From Gammaproteobacteria bacterium (lineage in GTDB: Bacteria; Pseudomonadota; Gammaproteobacteria; Eutrophobiales; Eutrophobiaceae): DNA of 64,000 bases. The position numbers were made by a program, and so were the translations under genes. The stretch is from the NCBI GenBank assembly GCA_030829955.1, contig JAURNY010000031.1:5374-69373 (forward strand), read 5' to 3'. Each line of letters starts with the position of its first letter. The stretch's first letter is position 1. The notes below the pieces were generated by a model that did not search any database, was not told where the DNA came from, and saw nothing but the letters and a program-made list of their open reading frames with translations. Shown in pieces: positions 30,392 to 41,590 of this stretch.

Positions 30392-31285
30392 TTATTTATT
30401 TCTTTTGACGATATAGTCTGCTAACTGTTTGAGCATGCTTGCTTTATCGCCAAACGCTTCCAGGCTATCGATTGCCTCATTGTAAAGAGATTCTGCAGCT
30501 TGTTTAGCGCCGTCCAAGCCCAATAAATTGGGATAAGTTGGCTTATTCTGTTCTATATCTGAGCCTTGCGGTTTACCGAGAGTCTCTGTATCACTCTCAA
30601 TATCCAGAATATCGTCTTTAATTTGAAAGGCTAGACCGATACAGCGCGCGTAATGCGACACATTTTTAAATAATTCAGGATCAACTTGCTCCATTGAAAG
30701 AGCGCCTAGTTCTGCACTGGCAGCTATTAGTGCGCCAGTTTTGTGAATATGCATATTTTCCAGTTCGGCAATCGTTAATGATTTGCCGACTGCAGCAAGA
30801 TCAATCGCTTGGCCACCCGCCATACCAAAAGAGCCGCTGGCTATCGCTAACGTATTGATCATTTTTATTCTTTGTTCAGAGCTTACTTTTATCGTCGGAT
30901 CATCTGCTAATATATGAAAAGCAAGCGCTTGTAATGCATCACCAGCCAAAATGGCAGTTGCTTCATCATATGCTTTATGACAGGTTGGGCGCCCGCGACG
31001 GAGGTTATCATCATCCATCGAGGGTAAATCATCATGAATTAGTGAATAGGCATGAATGATTTCAACAGCACAAGCGGGCCCATTCAGTTGCTCTATATCG
31101 ATGCCGAATGCTTCGCCAGTGGCATATACCAACACAGGACGAATACGTTTACCCTCAGCCAAGACTGAATAGCGCATAGCTTCATGTAAGGTTTGAGGTT
31201 GAATATCACTAGCAGGCAACCATTTATCCAATGCAACTGCTGCCGCATTTTGAAAGTGTTTTAGTTGTTCTTGAAAATCAGACAT
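30392..31285 (-). CDS. ispA: farnesyl diphosphate synthase
   Basis: GKRIRP, SLIHDDLPSMDDDNLRRG, FQIKDDILD and KPTYP motifs. Confidence 0.95.
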   Translation of the reverse strand: MSDFQEQLKHFQNAAAVALDKWLPASDIQPQTLHEAMRYSVLAEGKRIRPVLVYATGEAFGIDIEQLNGPACAVEIIHAYSLIHDDLPSMDDDNLRRGRPTCHKAYDEATAILAGDALQALAFHILADDPTIKVSSEQRIKMINTLAIASGSFGMAGGQAIDLAAVGKSLTIAELENMHIHKTGALIAASAELGALSMEQVDPELFKNVSHYARCIGLAFQIKDDILDIESDTETLGKPQGSDIEQNKPTYPNLLGLDGAKQAAESLYNEAIDSLEAFGDKASMLKQLADYIVKRNK

Positions 31286-31288
31286 GTT

Positions 31289-31531
31289 TTATTCTTTATT
31301 ATTACTATCATAATCAGATAGTTCAGAATTGCCATTTTTCTCAAGAAGAATTTGTACCTTCTGTTCAGCTTCAGTCAATGCCTTTTGACAATTTTTGGTT
31401 AACTCTATACCTCTTTCAAAACACTTTAGTGATTCTTCCAAAGAAAGATCACCTTCTTCCATTTTTTCTACAAGACTTTCAAGTTCGGCAAGCGACTTTT
31501 CAAAATTTATTGATGAAGTTTTCTGTGGCAC
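31289..31531 (-). CDS. xseB: exodeoxyribonuclease VII small subunit
   Basis: FEKSLAELESLVEKMEEGDLSLEESLKCFERGIEL...CQKALTEAEQKV; start set at GTG 31531. Confidence 0.93.
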   Translation of the reverse strand: MPQKTSSINFEKSLAELESLVEKMEEGDLSLEESLKCFERGIELTKNCQKALTEAEQKVQILLEKNGNSELSDYDSNNKE

Positions 31532-31605
31532 GGTAATTCCGATCTGTAAAAAAGTAATTATATTAGCATTCAAACTAGGCAATATCAGTCGCAAATCAAA
31601 TATTG

Positions 31606-31670
31606 ATAGAGATAAGCTATTAGAGTGATAGGGAAAATTATATAGCAAAAAAGCCATGTTGACATAAAAT
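31606..31670 (+). promoter_or_regulatory. putative OxyR-binding site and promoter of the rubrerythrin operon
   Basis: ATAG(31606)-N7-CTAT-N7-ATAG-N6-TTAT versus the OxyR consensus ATAG-N7-CTAT-N7-ATAG-N7-CTAT; -10-like TAAAAT at 31665-31670. Confidence 0.6.
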
Positions 31671-31754
31671 AGTAATAGAGTGTTAGTTTTTCTAAAATAA
31701 AAACGTTCTGTATGTATCGTTTATTTTCCAATAATCTCTACCAGGAGGAGCAAA

Positions 31755-32174
31755 ATGGAACTCAAAGGTTCAAAAACTGAAGAAAATCTCAAAGCCGCTT
31801 TTGCCGGTGAATCTCAAGCTAATCGTCGTTATCTATATTTTGCACAAAAAGCTGACGTAGAAGGCTTCAATGATGTGTCAGCTGTTTTCCGTTCTACCGC
31901 TGAAGGTGAAACTGGTCATGCACACGGTCATTTGGAATATCTTGAAGCAGTAGGTGATCCTGCTACAGGTGAACCGATTGGTACTACTGATTTAAACCTT
32001 AAAGCTGCGATTGCCGGTGAAACTCATGAATACACTGATATGTATCCAGGCATGGCAAAAACAGCTCGTGATGAAGGCTTTGATGAAATTGCTGATTGGT
32101 TTGAAACGCTTGCGAAAGCAGAGCGCTCACATGCTAATCGTTTCCAAAAAGCACTTGATTCATTAGCAGCATAA
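31755..32174 (+). CDS. rubrerythrin (short form lacking the rubredoxin domain)
   Basis: [34 protein letters not shown] and AERSHA di-iron ligands; strong AGGAGG SD. Confidence 0.95.
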   Translation: MELKGSKTEENLKAAFAGESQANRRYLYFAQKADVEGFNDVSAVFRSTAEGETGHAHGHLEYLEAVGDPATGEPIGTTDLNLKAAIAGETHEYTDMYPGMAKTARDEGFDEIADWFETLAKAERSHANRFQKALDSLAA

Positions 32175-32195
32175 TCAAGAATCGATAAAATATGT

Positions 32196-32218
32196 TGAGC
32201 CGGGAATTCCCCGGCTCA
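32196..32218 (+). terminator. GC-rich hairpin after rubrerythrin (stabiliser or leaky terminator)
   Basis: TGAGCCGGG-AATTC-CCCGGCTCA perfect 9-bp stem with only a short U-tail. Confidence 0.6.
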
Positions 32219-32267
32219 TTACGTTTACACCAATCGATTTAGTGAAAGACTAACGGAGCAAGAGTTG

Positions 32268-33602
32268 ATGAGCGAAAGTAGACGAGAAGGCAGTCTTGAA
32301 GCACCCACTAGACATCCGATAAATTGGAAATCAGGTGATTTCTATGATGAAGATTCATTATTTGCTGAACTAGAGCGAGTGTATGACATTTGCCATGGTT
32401 GTCGCCGTTGCGTAAGTTTATGTCATGCCTTTCCAAGCCTTTTTGATTTGATAGATGAATCAGAAACGATGGAAGTGGATGGTGTTAAAAAAGAAGACTA
32501 TTGGCAAGTCGTTGAACATTGTTATCTTTGTGATCTTTGTTATATGACTAAATGTCCTTACGTTCCGCCTCATGAATGGAATGTTGATTTTCCTCATCTA
32601 ATGCTTCGCGCAAAAGCTCAACGATTTAAAGATGGCAAAGTATCAACTCGTGATAAATTACTCACATCCACTGATTTTGTAGGCTCTATTGCTGGTATAC
32701 CTGTGGTTGCACAAACAGTTAATACCGCAAACAATATTAAATCGATTCGAAAAGTTATGGATAAAGTCATTGGTATCCATGCCGATGCAGAATTGCCAAA
32801 ATTTCATAGTAACTCTCTAAGAAAAAGATTCACCGAAAGCAATAATGAAACTGTAGAAGCTACTGCTGACACGAAAGGCAAGGTTGCCTTGTTTGTTACC
32901 TGTTACGGTAATAAAAATGAACCGGATGTAGTTGAAGATATGGTTGCTATCTTAAGACACAACAATATCCAGGTGAAGCTGGTCGAACAAGAAAAGTGTT
33001 GTGGTATGCCAAAAATGGAACTTGGCGATCTTGAATCAGTTGAAAAACTGAAAGACTTTAACATCGCTCAGTTGGAAAAACTGGTCGATGAGGGGTGGGA
33101 CATTACCGCGCCAATTCCATCATGCGTTTTGATGTTTAAGCAGGAAATTCCTTTATTATTTCCTAATGATGAAGCAGTGAAAAAAGTTCAGGCCGCATTC
33201 TTCGATCCTTTTGAGTATCTTATTTTGCGAAACAAAGAAGGAAAACTTAATACTGATTTTAAAAACAAGTTGGGCAAAGTAGCGTATCACGTACCATGCC
33301 ATCAGCGTGTACAGAATATCGGTTTAAAAACTAAAGATGTATTGTCACTTGTTCCCGATACCGAGATCACAGTTATTGAACGTTGTTCAGGACATGATGG
33401 TACTTATGCAGTTAAAAGCGAATACCATGAAATATCTATGAAAATTTGTCGTCCAGTGACTAATAAGATTAAAGGAGCCGATCTAGATCATTATATAAGT
33501 GACTGCCCAATGGCTGGCCATCAAATAGCAAATGGACTGGATGAAACTAATCTTTTTGCGGAGAGTCCATTTACATTATTAAAACAGGCTTATGGAATTT
33601 AA
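32268..33602 (+). CDS. GlpC/HdrD-like Fe-S oxidoreductase (rubrerythrin-associated)
   Basis: CHGCRRCVSLC and CYLCDLCYMTKC ferredoxin motifs; CCG domains (EKCCGMP, ERCSGHDG). Confidence 0.9.
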   Translation: MSESRREGSLEAPTRHPINWKSGDFYDEDSLFAELERVYDICHGCRRCVSLCHAFPSLFDLIDESETMEVDGVKKEDYWQVVEHCYLCDLCYMTKCPYVPPHEWNVDFPHLMLRAKAQRFKDGKVSTRDKLLTSTDFVGSIAGIPVVAQTVNTANNIKSIRKVMDKVIGIHADAELPKFHSNSLRKRFTESNNETVEATADTKGKVALFVTCYGNKNEPDVVEDMVAILRHNNIQVKLVEQEKCCGMPKMELGDLESVEKLKDFNIAQLEKLVDEGWDITAPIPSCVLMFKQEIPLLFPNDEAVKKVQAAFFDPFEYLILRNKEGKLNTDFKNKLGKVAYHVPCHQRVQNIGLKTKDVLSLVPDTEITVIERCSGHDGTYAVKSEYHEISMKICRPVTNKIKGADLDHYISDCPMAGHQIANGLDETNLFAESPFTLLKQAYGI

Positions 33603-33605
33603 TCT

Positions 33606-34190
33606 ATGGATAAACTTAAAAGAGAAGATTTATATACCTTGGAAAAATATGCCGAAATTCGTAATGACTTTCGTATGAAGATCATGGCTCATAAAAAGAA
33701 TCGACGATTACATATTGGCCAGAATGCTACTCTGTATTTTGAGGATCGACTGGTAATGCAGTATCAGATTCAAGAAATATTAAGAACAGAGAAGATCTTT
33801 GAAGCTGATGGTATTAATGAAGAACTGGAAGCTTATAACCCGCTAATTCCTGATGGTAGTAATTGGAAAGCAACTTTCATGATCGAATTTGCTGAAGAGA
33901 ATGAGCGAAGAGAAGCACTTAGTAAAATGATCGGTATCGAAGATAAAACCTGGGTTATGGTGGAAGGTCACAACAAGGTTTATCCCATATCTGATGAAGA
34001 TCTGGAGCGTGATAATGAGACGAAGACTTCATCTGTTCATTTTTTACGATTTGAACTTACTACTGACATGATTACAGCTCTTAAATCAGGAGCTAATCTT
34101 TCAGCTGGTATCGATCATCCTGCATATTCTCATGCGATTGCCTCTATACCTGACAATATCAGGGAATCATTAGTCTCAGACCTTGATTAA
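33606..34190 (+). CDS. DUF3501 family protein
   Basis: FED...YQIQE.LR.E, YNPLIP and SSVHFLRF motifs; canonical third gene of the rubrerythrin cluster. Confidence 0.88.
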   Translation: MDKLKREDLYTLEKYAEIRNDFRMKIMAHKKNRRLHIGQNATLYFEDRLVMQYQIQEILRTEKIFEADGINEELEAYNPLIPDGSNWKATFMIEFAEENERREALSKMIGIEDKTWVMVEGHNKVYPISDEDLERDNETKTSSVHFLRFELTTDMITALKSGANLSAGIDHPAYSHAIASIPDNIRESLVSDLD

Positions 34191-34267
34191 CCTTAGATAT
34201 AGTATCTATTTTGTTTATTAGACACTATGTTGTGTTTATAACTTGCGGTATGCTTTTCTGGTTGTAA

Positions 34268-36178
<1,911 letters not shown>

Positions 36179-36207
36179 ACATATTTATATGTATTGAGGT
36201 TTTATAA

Positions 36208-38463
36208 ATGAGTGATTCACTCAGTTTTGATTTCGAACAGAACGAGCAAAGACCATTGCAGGAATTTACTGAAAAGGCATATCTAGATTATTCCATGTAT
36301 GTCATTTTGGATAGAGCGTTGCCTCATATCGGTGATGGTTTAAAACCTGTTCAACGACGAATTATTTATGCAATGTCTGAACTAGGCCTTAGGGCAACGG
36401 CCAAATATAAAAAATCGGCACGTACCGTTGGTGATGTAATTGGTAAATTTCATCCGCATGGCGACTCTGCCTGTTATGAAGCCATGGTGTTGATGGCGCA
36501 AAACTTTTCATATCGATATGCACTAGTTGATGGACAAGGCAACTGGGGCTCGATGGATGATCCAAAATCATTTGCTGCCATGCGCTATACCGAATCAAAA
36601 CTTACAGCCTACTCGGATTTGTTACTTAGCGAAGTTAATCAGGGAACAGTCGAGTGGATGCCAAACTTTGATGGCACATTAGAAGAACCAAAGTTACTTC
36701 CTGCTCGTGTCCCCAACTTATTATTAAATGGTACGACAGGTATTGCTGTCGGTATGGCAACCGATATACCGCCACATAATTTAAAAGAAGTCGCGAGTGC
36801 CTGTATTAGAATATTGGAATCGCCCAAAAGCACGGTTGCTGAACTATGTGAACATATCAAAGGGCCAGACTTTCCAACATATGCCGAAATTATTACGCCA
36901 AAAAATCTATTGCTGGAAATGTATGAAACCGGTAATGGTTCAGTAAAGATGCGTGCCACATGGGAAAAAGAGTATGGTAATGTTGTTATCACCGCTTTGC
37001 CTTATCAAAGTTCGGGCAGTAAGGTACTTGAACAAATTGCGGCACAGATGCAGGCAAAGAAGTTGCCGATGCTGGAAGACTTGCGGGATGAATCTGATCA
37101 TGAAAATCCAACTCGCCTAATACTCATTCCAAAATCTAATCGTGTTGATTTAAATGAAATGATGTTGCATTTATTTGCAACGACAGATCTCGAGCGCAAT
37201 TATCGCGTGAATATGAATGTGATTGGTTTAAATGGCCGACCACAAGTTAAAGATCTGCGTACTATTCTGAAAGAGTGGTTGGAATATCGAACTGAAACAG
37301 TTCGTAAACGGTTGCAATTTCGTCTCGATAAAGTGTTGGCACAGATTCATGTTCTAGAAGGTTTGATGATAGCTTATCTGAATATTGATGAAGTGATTCA
37401 AATTATCCGCGAAGAAGAAAATCCAAAAGCCGAGTTGATGAAGCGCTTTAAATTAAGCGATATTCAGGCTGATGCAATTCTTGATTTAAAGTTACGCAAA
37501 CTTGCTAAACTCGAAGAAATAAAAATTAAAGGCGAGTTGGATGAATTAAAGGATGAACGCAAACAACTTGAAACGACACTTGGTTCTGAGCAACGTTTAA
37601 AGACACTCGTCAAAAAAGAATTGATTGCTGACGCTGAAGAGTATGGTGATGAAAGAATGTCGCCATTAAAAGAAGCAGAAGAGGCAAAGGCAATCGATGT
37701 GAATAATTTAATACCAACTGAACAAGTCACCATCGTCTTATCAGAAAAAGGTTGGGTGAGAGCGGCTAAAGGTCACGATGTTGATCCGTTAACACTCAAC
37801 TATAAATCCGGTGATGCCTTTAAACAATCCTGTTATGCAAAGAGCAATCAACTTGCAGTATTCGTTGATTCGGGCGGGCGTTTTTATTCTTTGCCTGCGC
37901 ACACATTGCCGTCTGCAAGAAGTTTAGGTGAACCTGTTTCTGCCAGATTAACGCCGCCTGATGGAGTGACATTTGAAGGTGTTATGTCTGGTGATTCAGA
38001 ACGCGCATATTTAGTTGGCTCTGATGCTGGTTATGGTTTTATGGTCAAACTGGAAGATGTCTATACAAAAAACCGAAATGGTAAGGCGATTATTTCAGTG
38101 CCAAAAGGCGCAAAAGCGATTGCGCCTAGTCCGATTTATGATTTGCAAAGTGATTGGGTTGCGATAGTTAGCAATATAGGTCGCTTATTAATGTTTCCAA
38201 TCACTGAGTTAACCCTCTTGCCAAAAGGTAAAGGACTAAAAATGATGCAAATACCGCCAGCTAAATTAAAAAGTCGGGAAGAATATGTTGTTGCAATGAC
38301 AGCAATGAAAGAAACCGATAGTTTGCTGGTGTACTCAGGTAAACGATATACCACTCTAAAAACAGCTGACCATGAACATTATATTGGTGAACGTGGTCGT
38401 CGAGGCAATATGTTGCCAAAAGGTTTTAGAAGCGTGGTGAGAATTGAGGCTGTAGCAGAATAA
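36208..38463 (+). CDS. parC: DNA topoisomerase IV subunit A
   Basis: [27 protein letters not shown] and AAMRYTE motifs; 751 aa. Confidence 0.97.
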   Translation: MSDSLSFDFEQNEQRPLQEFTEKAYLDYSMYVILDRALPHIGDGLKPVQRRIIYAMSELGLRATAKYKKSARTVGDVIGKFHPHGDSACYEAMVLMAQNFSYRYALVDGQGNWGSMDDPKSFAAMRYTESKLTAYSDLLLSEVNQGTVEWMPNFDGTLEEPKLLPARVPNLLLNGTTGIAVGMATDIPPHNLKEVASACIRILESPKSTVAELCEHIKGPDFPTYAEIITPKNLLLEMYETGNGSVKMRATWEKEYGNVVITALPYQSSGSKVLEQIAAQMQAKKLPMLEDLRDESDHENPTRLILIPKSNRVDLNEMMLHLFATTDLERNYRVNMNVIGLNGRPQVKDLRTILKEWLEYRTETVRKRLQFRLDKVLAQIHVLEGLMIAYLNIDEVIQIIREEENPKAELMKRFKLSDIQADAILDLKLRKLAKLEEIKIKGELDELKDERKQLETTLGSEQRLKTLVKKELIADAEEYGDERMSPLKEAEEAKAIDVNNLIPTEQVTIVLSEKGWVRAAKGHDVDPLTLNYKSGDAFKQSCYAKSNQLAVFVDSGGRFYSLPAHTLPSARSLGEPVSARLTPPDGVTFEGVMSGDSERAYLVGSDAGYGFMVKLEDVYTKNRNGKAIISVPKGAKAIAPSPIYDLQSDWVAIVSNIGRLLMFPITELTLLPKGKGLKMMQIPPAKLKSREEYVVAMTAMKETDSLLVYSGKRYTTLKTADHEHYIGERGRRGNMLPKGFRSVVRIEAVAE

Positions 38464-38487
38464 TATTTTGGCATTTTTCAGTATGAA

Positions 38488-38601
38488 TTGACACAAGCCG
38501 CTAACTTGTGTGATTTGAATAGTGATGAAAGCCTGAAAGAAAATTAGACTGCATTAACATTAAAACCATATCAAAGAGTATGGTTGAGTAATCGACAATA
38601 A
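38488..38601 (+). pseudogene. C-terminal relic of a GH13 (sugar phosphorylase/alpha-amylase family) gene
   Basis: Frame LTQAANLCDLNSDESLKEN*TALTLKPYQRVWLSNRQ* resembles the GH13 C-terminal DL.SG...LTL.PYQ..WL.N end; internal stop, no start. Confidence 0.45.
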
Positions 38602-38702
38602 AAAACGGACAAGAACAATTCATACCCGGTTATTATCACAATAAAGCGAATTTTGGAGGGGGGAGATCCACAATAGTTTTGATAGAAAAATGCCATAAAA
38701 CT

Positions 38703-39731
38703 TTAGCGAAAATTAATAGATATCTTCGATTTCTGGCCATGAATTTCCCTGACCAGTTTAGGCACCAGATAACCAGACACCCTGTTTTTCATTTCTTTTA
38801 TCAGTTTCTTAGCTTCCGTTTCACCTACTTCATAATGTGTCGTCCCTGAAACGGGGTCGAGTAAATGCAGATAATAAGGGACTATTTGGTTTTCGATTAG
38901 TTTTTCAGACAACTTGATTAACGTTTCTGTTGAATTATTAATCCCTTTCATCAGTACTGATTGATTAAAAACGAGCATGCCTTGAGAAGTCATCTGTTTA
39001 ATCGCCTTAATCATTGCATCATTAATCTCATTTGCGTGGTTAATATGCAGTACAACTATGCATTCTTTTTTGCCTCTATTTAGTGTTTTTATGAGTTCCT
39101 TGTTGATTCTGTCTGGGATCACGACAGGAAATCTACTGTGAATTCTAATTCGTTTTATATGATTGATTTGATTCAGCTGATCAAACATTTCTTGTAATTT
39201 GCTATCTGCTAGACTTAAGGGATCGCCACCGCTCAATATGACTTCGTGAATAGCGTTATTTGACTTGATATAACCCAACTTTTCCTGCCAATCAGAATGT
39301 GAAAAGCCACTATCCTGATAGGGAAAATGTCTCCGAAAACAATAACGACAATGGATTGCGCAGGCCCCGGTAGAAATATTCAGTACCCGATCTTCATATT
39401 TATGTAACAAACCTGGGGCGACATGAGACGCAGCTTCATTTAGTGGATCATGCGTAAAACGACCATCTTCAATATCTTCATCAAGATAAGGAAAGACCTG
39501 ACGCAATAAGGGATCATTCGGATTCTGGCGCTGCATACGATCGGCAAATGCGACAGGTACCCTGACAGGAAACTGTTTAATGCCATTTTCACTATATCCC
39601 AATGCTTCTGCGCCAAGTTCGACATGTTCCAGTAGATGAGCGGGACTACGAATTGCGTTTGCGAATTGTATTTGCCAGGATTGGGAGTGCATTCTTTTAT
39701 AAGTTTTCTGTATGATACGCGCTTTTATCAC
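38703..39731 (-). CDS. epmB: EF-P beta-lysylation lysine 2,3-aminomutase
   Basis: [23 protein letters not shown] and PYYLHLLD motifs; divergent from efp. Start uncertain (alternative ATG 39692). Confidence 0.95.
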   Translation of the reverse strand: MIKARIIQKTYKRMHSQSWQIQFANAIRSPAHLLEHVELGAEALGYSENGIKQFPVRVPVAFADRMQRQNPNDPLLRQVFPYLDEDIEDGRFTHDPLNEAASHVAPGLLHKYEDRVLNISTGACAIHCRYCFRRHFPYQDSGFSHSDWQEKLGYIKSNNAIHEVILSGGDPLSLADSKLQEMFDQLNQINHIKRIRIHSRFPVVIPDRINKELIKTLNRGKKECIVVLHINHANEINDAMIKAIKQMTSQGMLVFNQSVLMKGINNSTETLIKLSEKLIENQIVPYYLHLLDPVSGTTHYEVGETEAKKLIKEMKNRVSGYLVPKLVREIHGQKSKISINFR

Positions 39732-39755
39732 GCACTATATTGGAAAGTAATCAAA

Positions 39756-40325
39756 ATGGCGACATACAGCACAAGTGAATTCAAAAATGGCCTGAAATTA
39801 ATGATGGACGGCGATCCCTGTTCAATTATTGAAAATGAATTTGTAAAGCCCGGCAAAGGTCAGGCATTTAATCGAGTAAGACTTAGAAATCTAAAAACCG
39901 GCAGAGTATTGGAAAAGACATTTAAGTCAGGTGAAACTGTAGAAGCTGCTGATGTAATGGATCTGGAAATGCAATATCTCTATAACGATGGTGAAACCTG
40001 GAATTTCATGGATACCAGCTCATTTGAGCAATTTGCCGCAGATGAAAATGCTGTTTCTGACGCTAAGCAATGGATTAAAGGTGAAGAAATGTGTCTCGTG
40101 ACACTATGGAACAATGTGCCATTAGCCGTTGCCGCACCAAACTTCGTGATATTGGAAATTACTGATACTGATCCGGGTGTTAGAGGTGATACCGCCCAGG
40201 GTGGCTCAAAGCCTGCTACACTTGAAACGGGTGCTGTTGTTAAGGTGCCTCTATTCATTGAAAACGGTGAATTATTAAAAATTGATACACGTACCGGCGA
40301 ATATGTTAGTCGCGCAAAGGAATAA
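39756..40325 (+). CDS. efp: elongation factor P
   Basis: [10 protein letters not shown] loop, PGVRGDT and [12 protein letters not shown]; start ATG 39756. Confidence 0.98.
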   Translation: MATYSTSEFKNGLKLMMDGDPCSIIENEFVKPGKGQAFNRVRLRNLKTGRVLEKTFKSGETVEAADVMDLEMQYLYNDGETWNFMDTSSFEQFAADENAVSDAKQWIKGEEMCLVTLWNNVPLAVAAPNFVILEITDTDPGVRGDTAQGGSKPATLETGAVVKVPLFIENGELLKIDTRTGEYVSRAKE

Positions 40326-40559
40326 ATGGAACAATTTGAATATCTAATATCCAACTTATTTTCCCAGCAAGGTCTGGCAAACTCTCAAAAAGAGATAGAT
40401 CTGTTGATTGATACTCATCGTCCTATCGCGGATGATGTTGAATTTTCAGATATTTTGTTCTGGACGCAAAGTTATTCAGATTTTCTACGCGAAGCATTAG
40501 CAGATGATTCAGATTGGCCTGAATTAGTCTTTCGACTTAACAATCGACTTCTCTCGTAA
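40326..40559 (+). CDS. DUF2789-family protein
   Basis: NLFSQ.GL...EID..I..H......FWT....FLREAL..DSDW.E.V..LN pattern. Confidence 0.7.
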   Translation: MEQFEYLISNLFSQQGLANSQKEIDLLIDTHRPIADDVEFSDILFWTQSYSDFLREALADDSDWPELVFRLNNRLLS

Positions 40560-40580
40560 TTAATTTTTTTAAATCGCGCT

Positions 40581-41537
40581 ATGACTTGCGATCACAAATG
40601 GCGACCGTTTGCTGATAATGCTATAGCGAGGTCGCGTGCTGAACTCTATTCATCTATCAGATTATTCATGTCTGATAGACACATTCTCGAAGTTGATACA
40701 CCAATATTGAGCCGGCATGGTATTTCCGATCCTTTTATCGACAGTATTCGAGCTGAAGCACCACTTGCTGGTTTATCTCCACTTTATTTACACACATCTC
40801 CTGAATTTTGTATGAAAAGACTATTAGCATCTGGTATAGGGGATTGTTATCAAATAGCACATGTCTTTCGTGATGGTGAAAAAGGAAAAAGACACACGTT
40901 AGAGTTCGTTATGTTGGAATGGTATCGATTAAGATTTGATTATCACAAATTGATAGATGAACTCGGTGAATTACTAGCATTTTTGGGTTTAGATAAACCC
41001 AGCAAAAAAACCTATTCAGATATATTCAAGCAAACATTTGATATTGATCCTGTTTCTATCGAAATCGAACAGCTCAGGACATTGGCAAAAGATGCTGGTT
41101 GGTATAATGCCAGTGACCAACGACATAGTTTATTAGACTTTTTATTTTCCCATGAGGTAATAAAACAGATAAAAAAGGAAAAAAGCCTTATTATTTACGA
41201 CTACCCGGCATGTATGGCTTCGTTAGCTCGGCTCAATAAAGAAAATCCGAATGTGTGTGAAAGGTTCGAACTATTTATTGATGGTATGGAAATCGCCAAT
41301 GGTTTTACAGAACTTACGGATAGTGATGAACAACGTCAACGTTTTGAAAAGGATCTTGAAGAACGGAAAGATAATAAAATGCATTCCCCACCAATAGATA
41401 ATCATTTATTGGATGCATTGAAACATGGTTTGCCTGATTGTGCTGGAGTAGCATTAGGCTTGGATCGTTTATTAATGGTGTTAACAGGAAAACAAACAAT
41501 TAATGAAGTGAATAATTTCACATTAGAAAATAATTAA
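40581..41537 (+). CDS. epmA: EF-P lysine aminoacylase EpmA (GenX/PoxA)
   Basis: LEVDTP, LHTSPEFCMKRLLA, ERFELF, EIANGFTEL and GVALGLDRL motifs. Confidence 0.95.
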   Translation: MTCDHKWRPFADNAIARSRAELYSSIRLFMSDRHILEVDTPILSRHGISDPFIDSIRAEAPLAGLSPLYLHTSPEFCMKRLLASGIGDCYQIAHVFRDGEKGKRHTLEFVMLEWYRLRFDYHKLIDELGELLAFLGLDKPSKKTYSDIFKQTFDIDPVSIEIEQLRTLAKDAGWYNASDQRHSLLDFLFSHEVIKQIKKEKSLIIYDYPACMASLARLNKENPNVCERFELFIDGMEIANGFTELTDSDEQRQRFEKDLEERKDNKMHSPPIDNHLLDALKHGLPDCAGVALGLDRLLMVLTGKQTINEVNNFTLENN

Positions 41538-41590
41538 AACAATGAGTGATTATTCGGTAGTAGTCTGTTCCAATTGTTATTTAATCCTTC

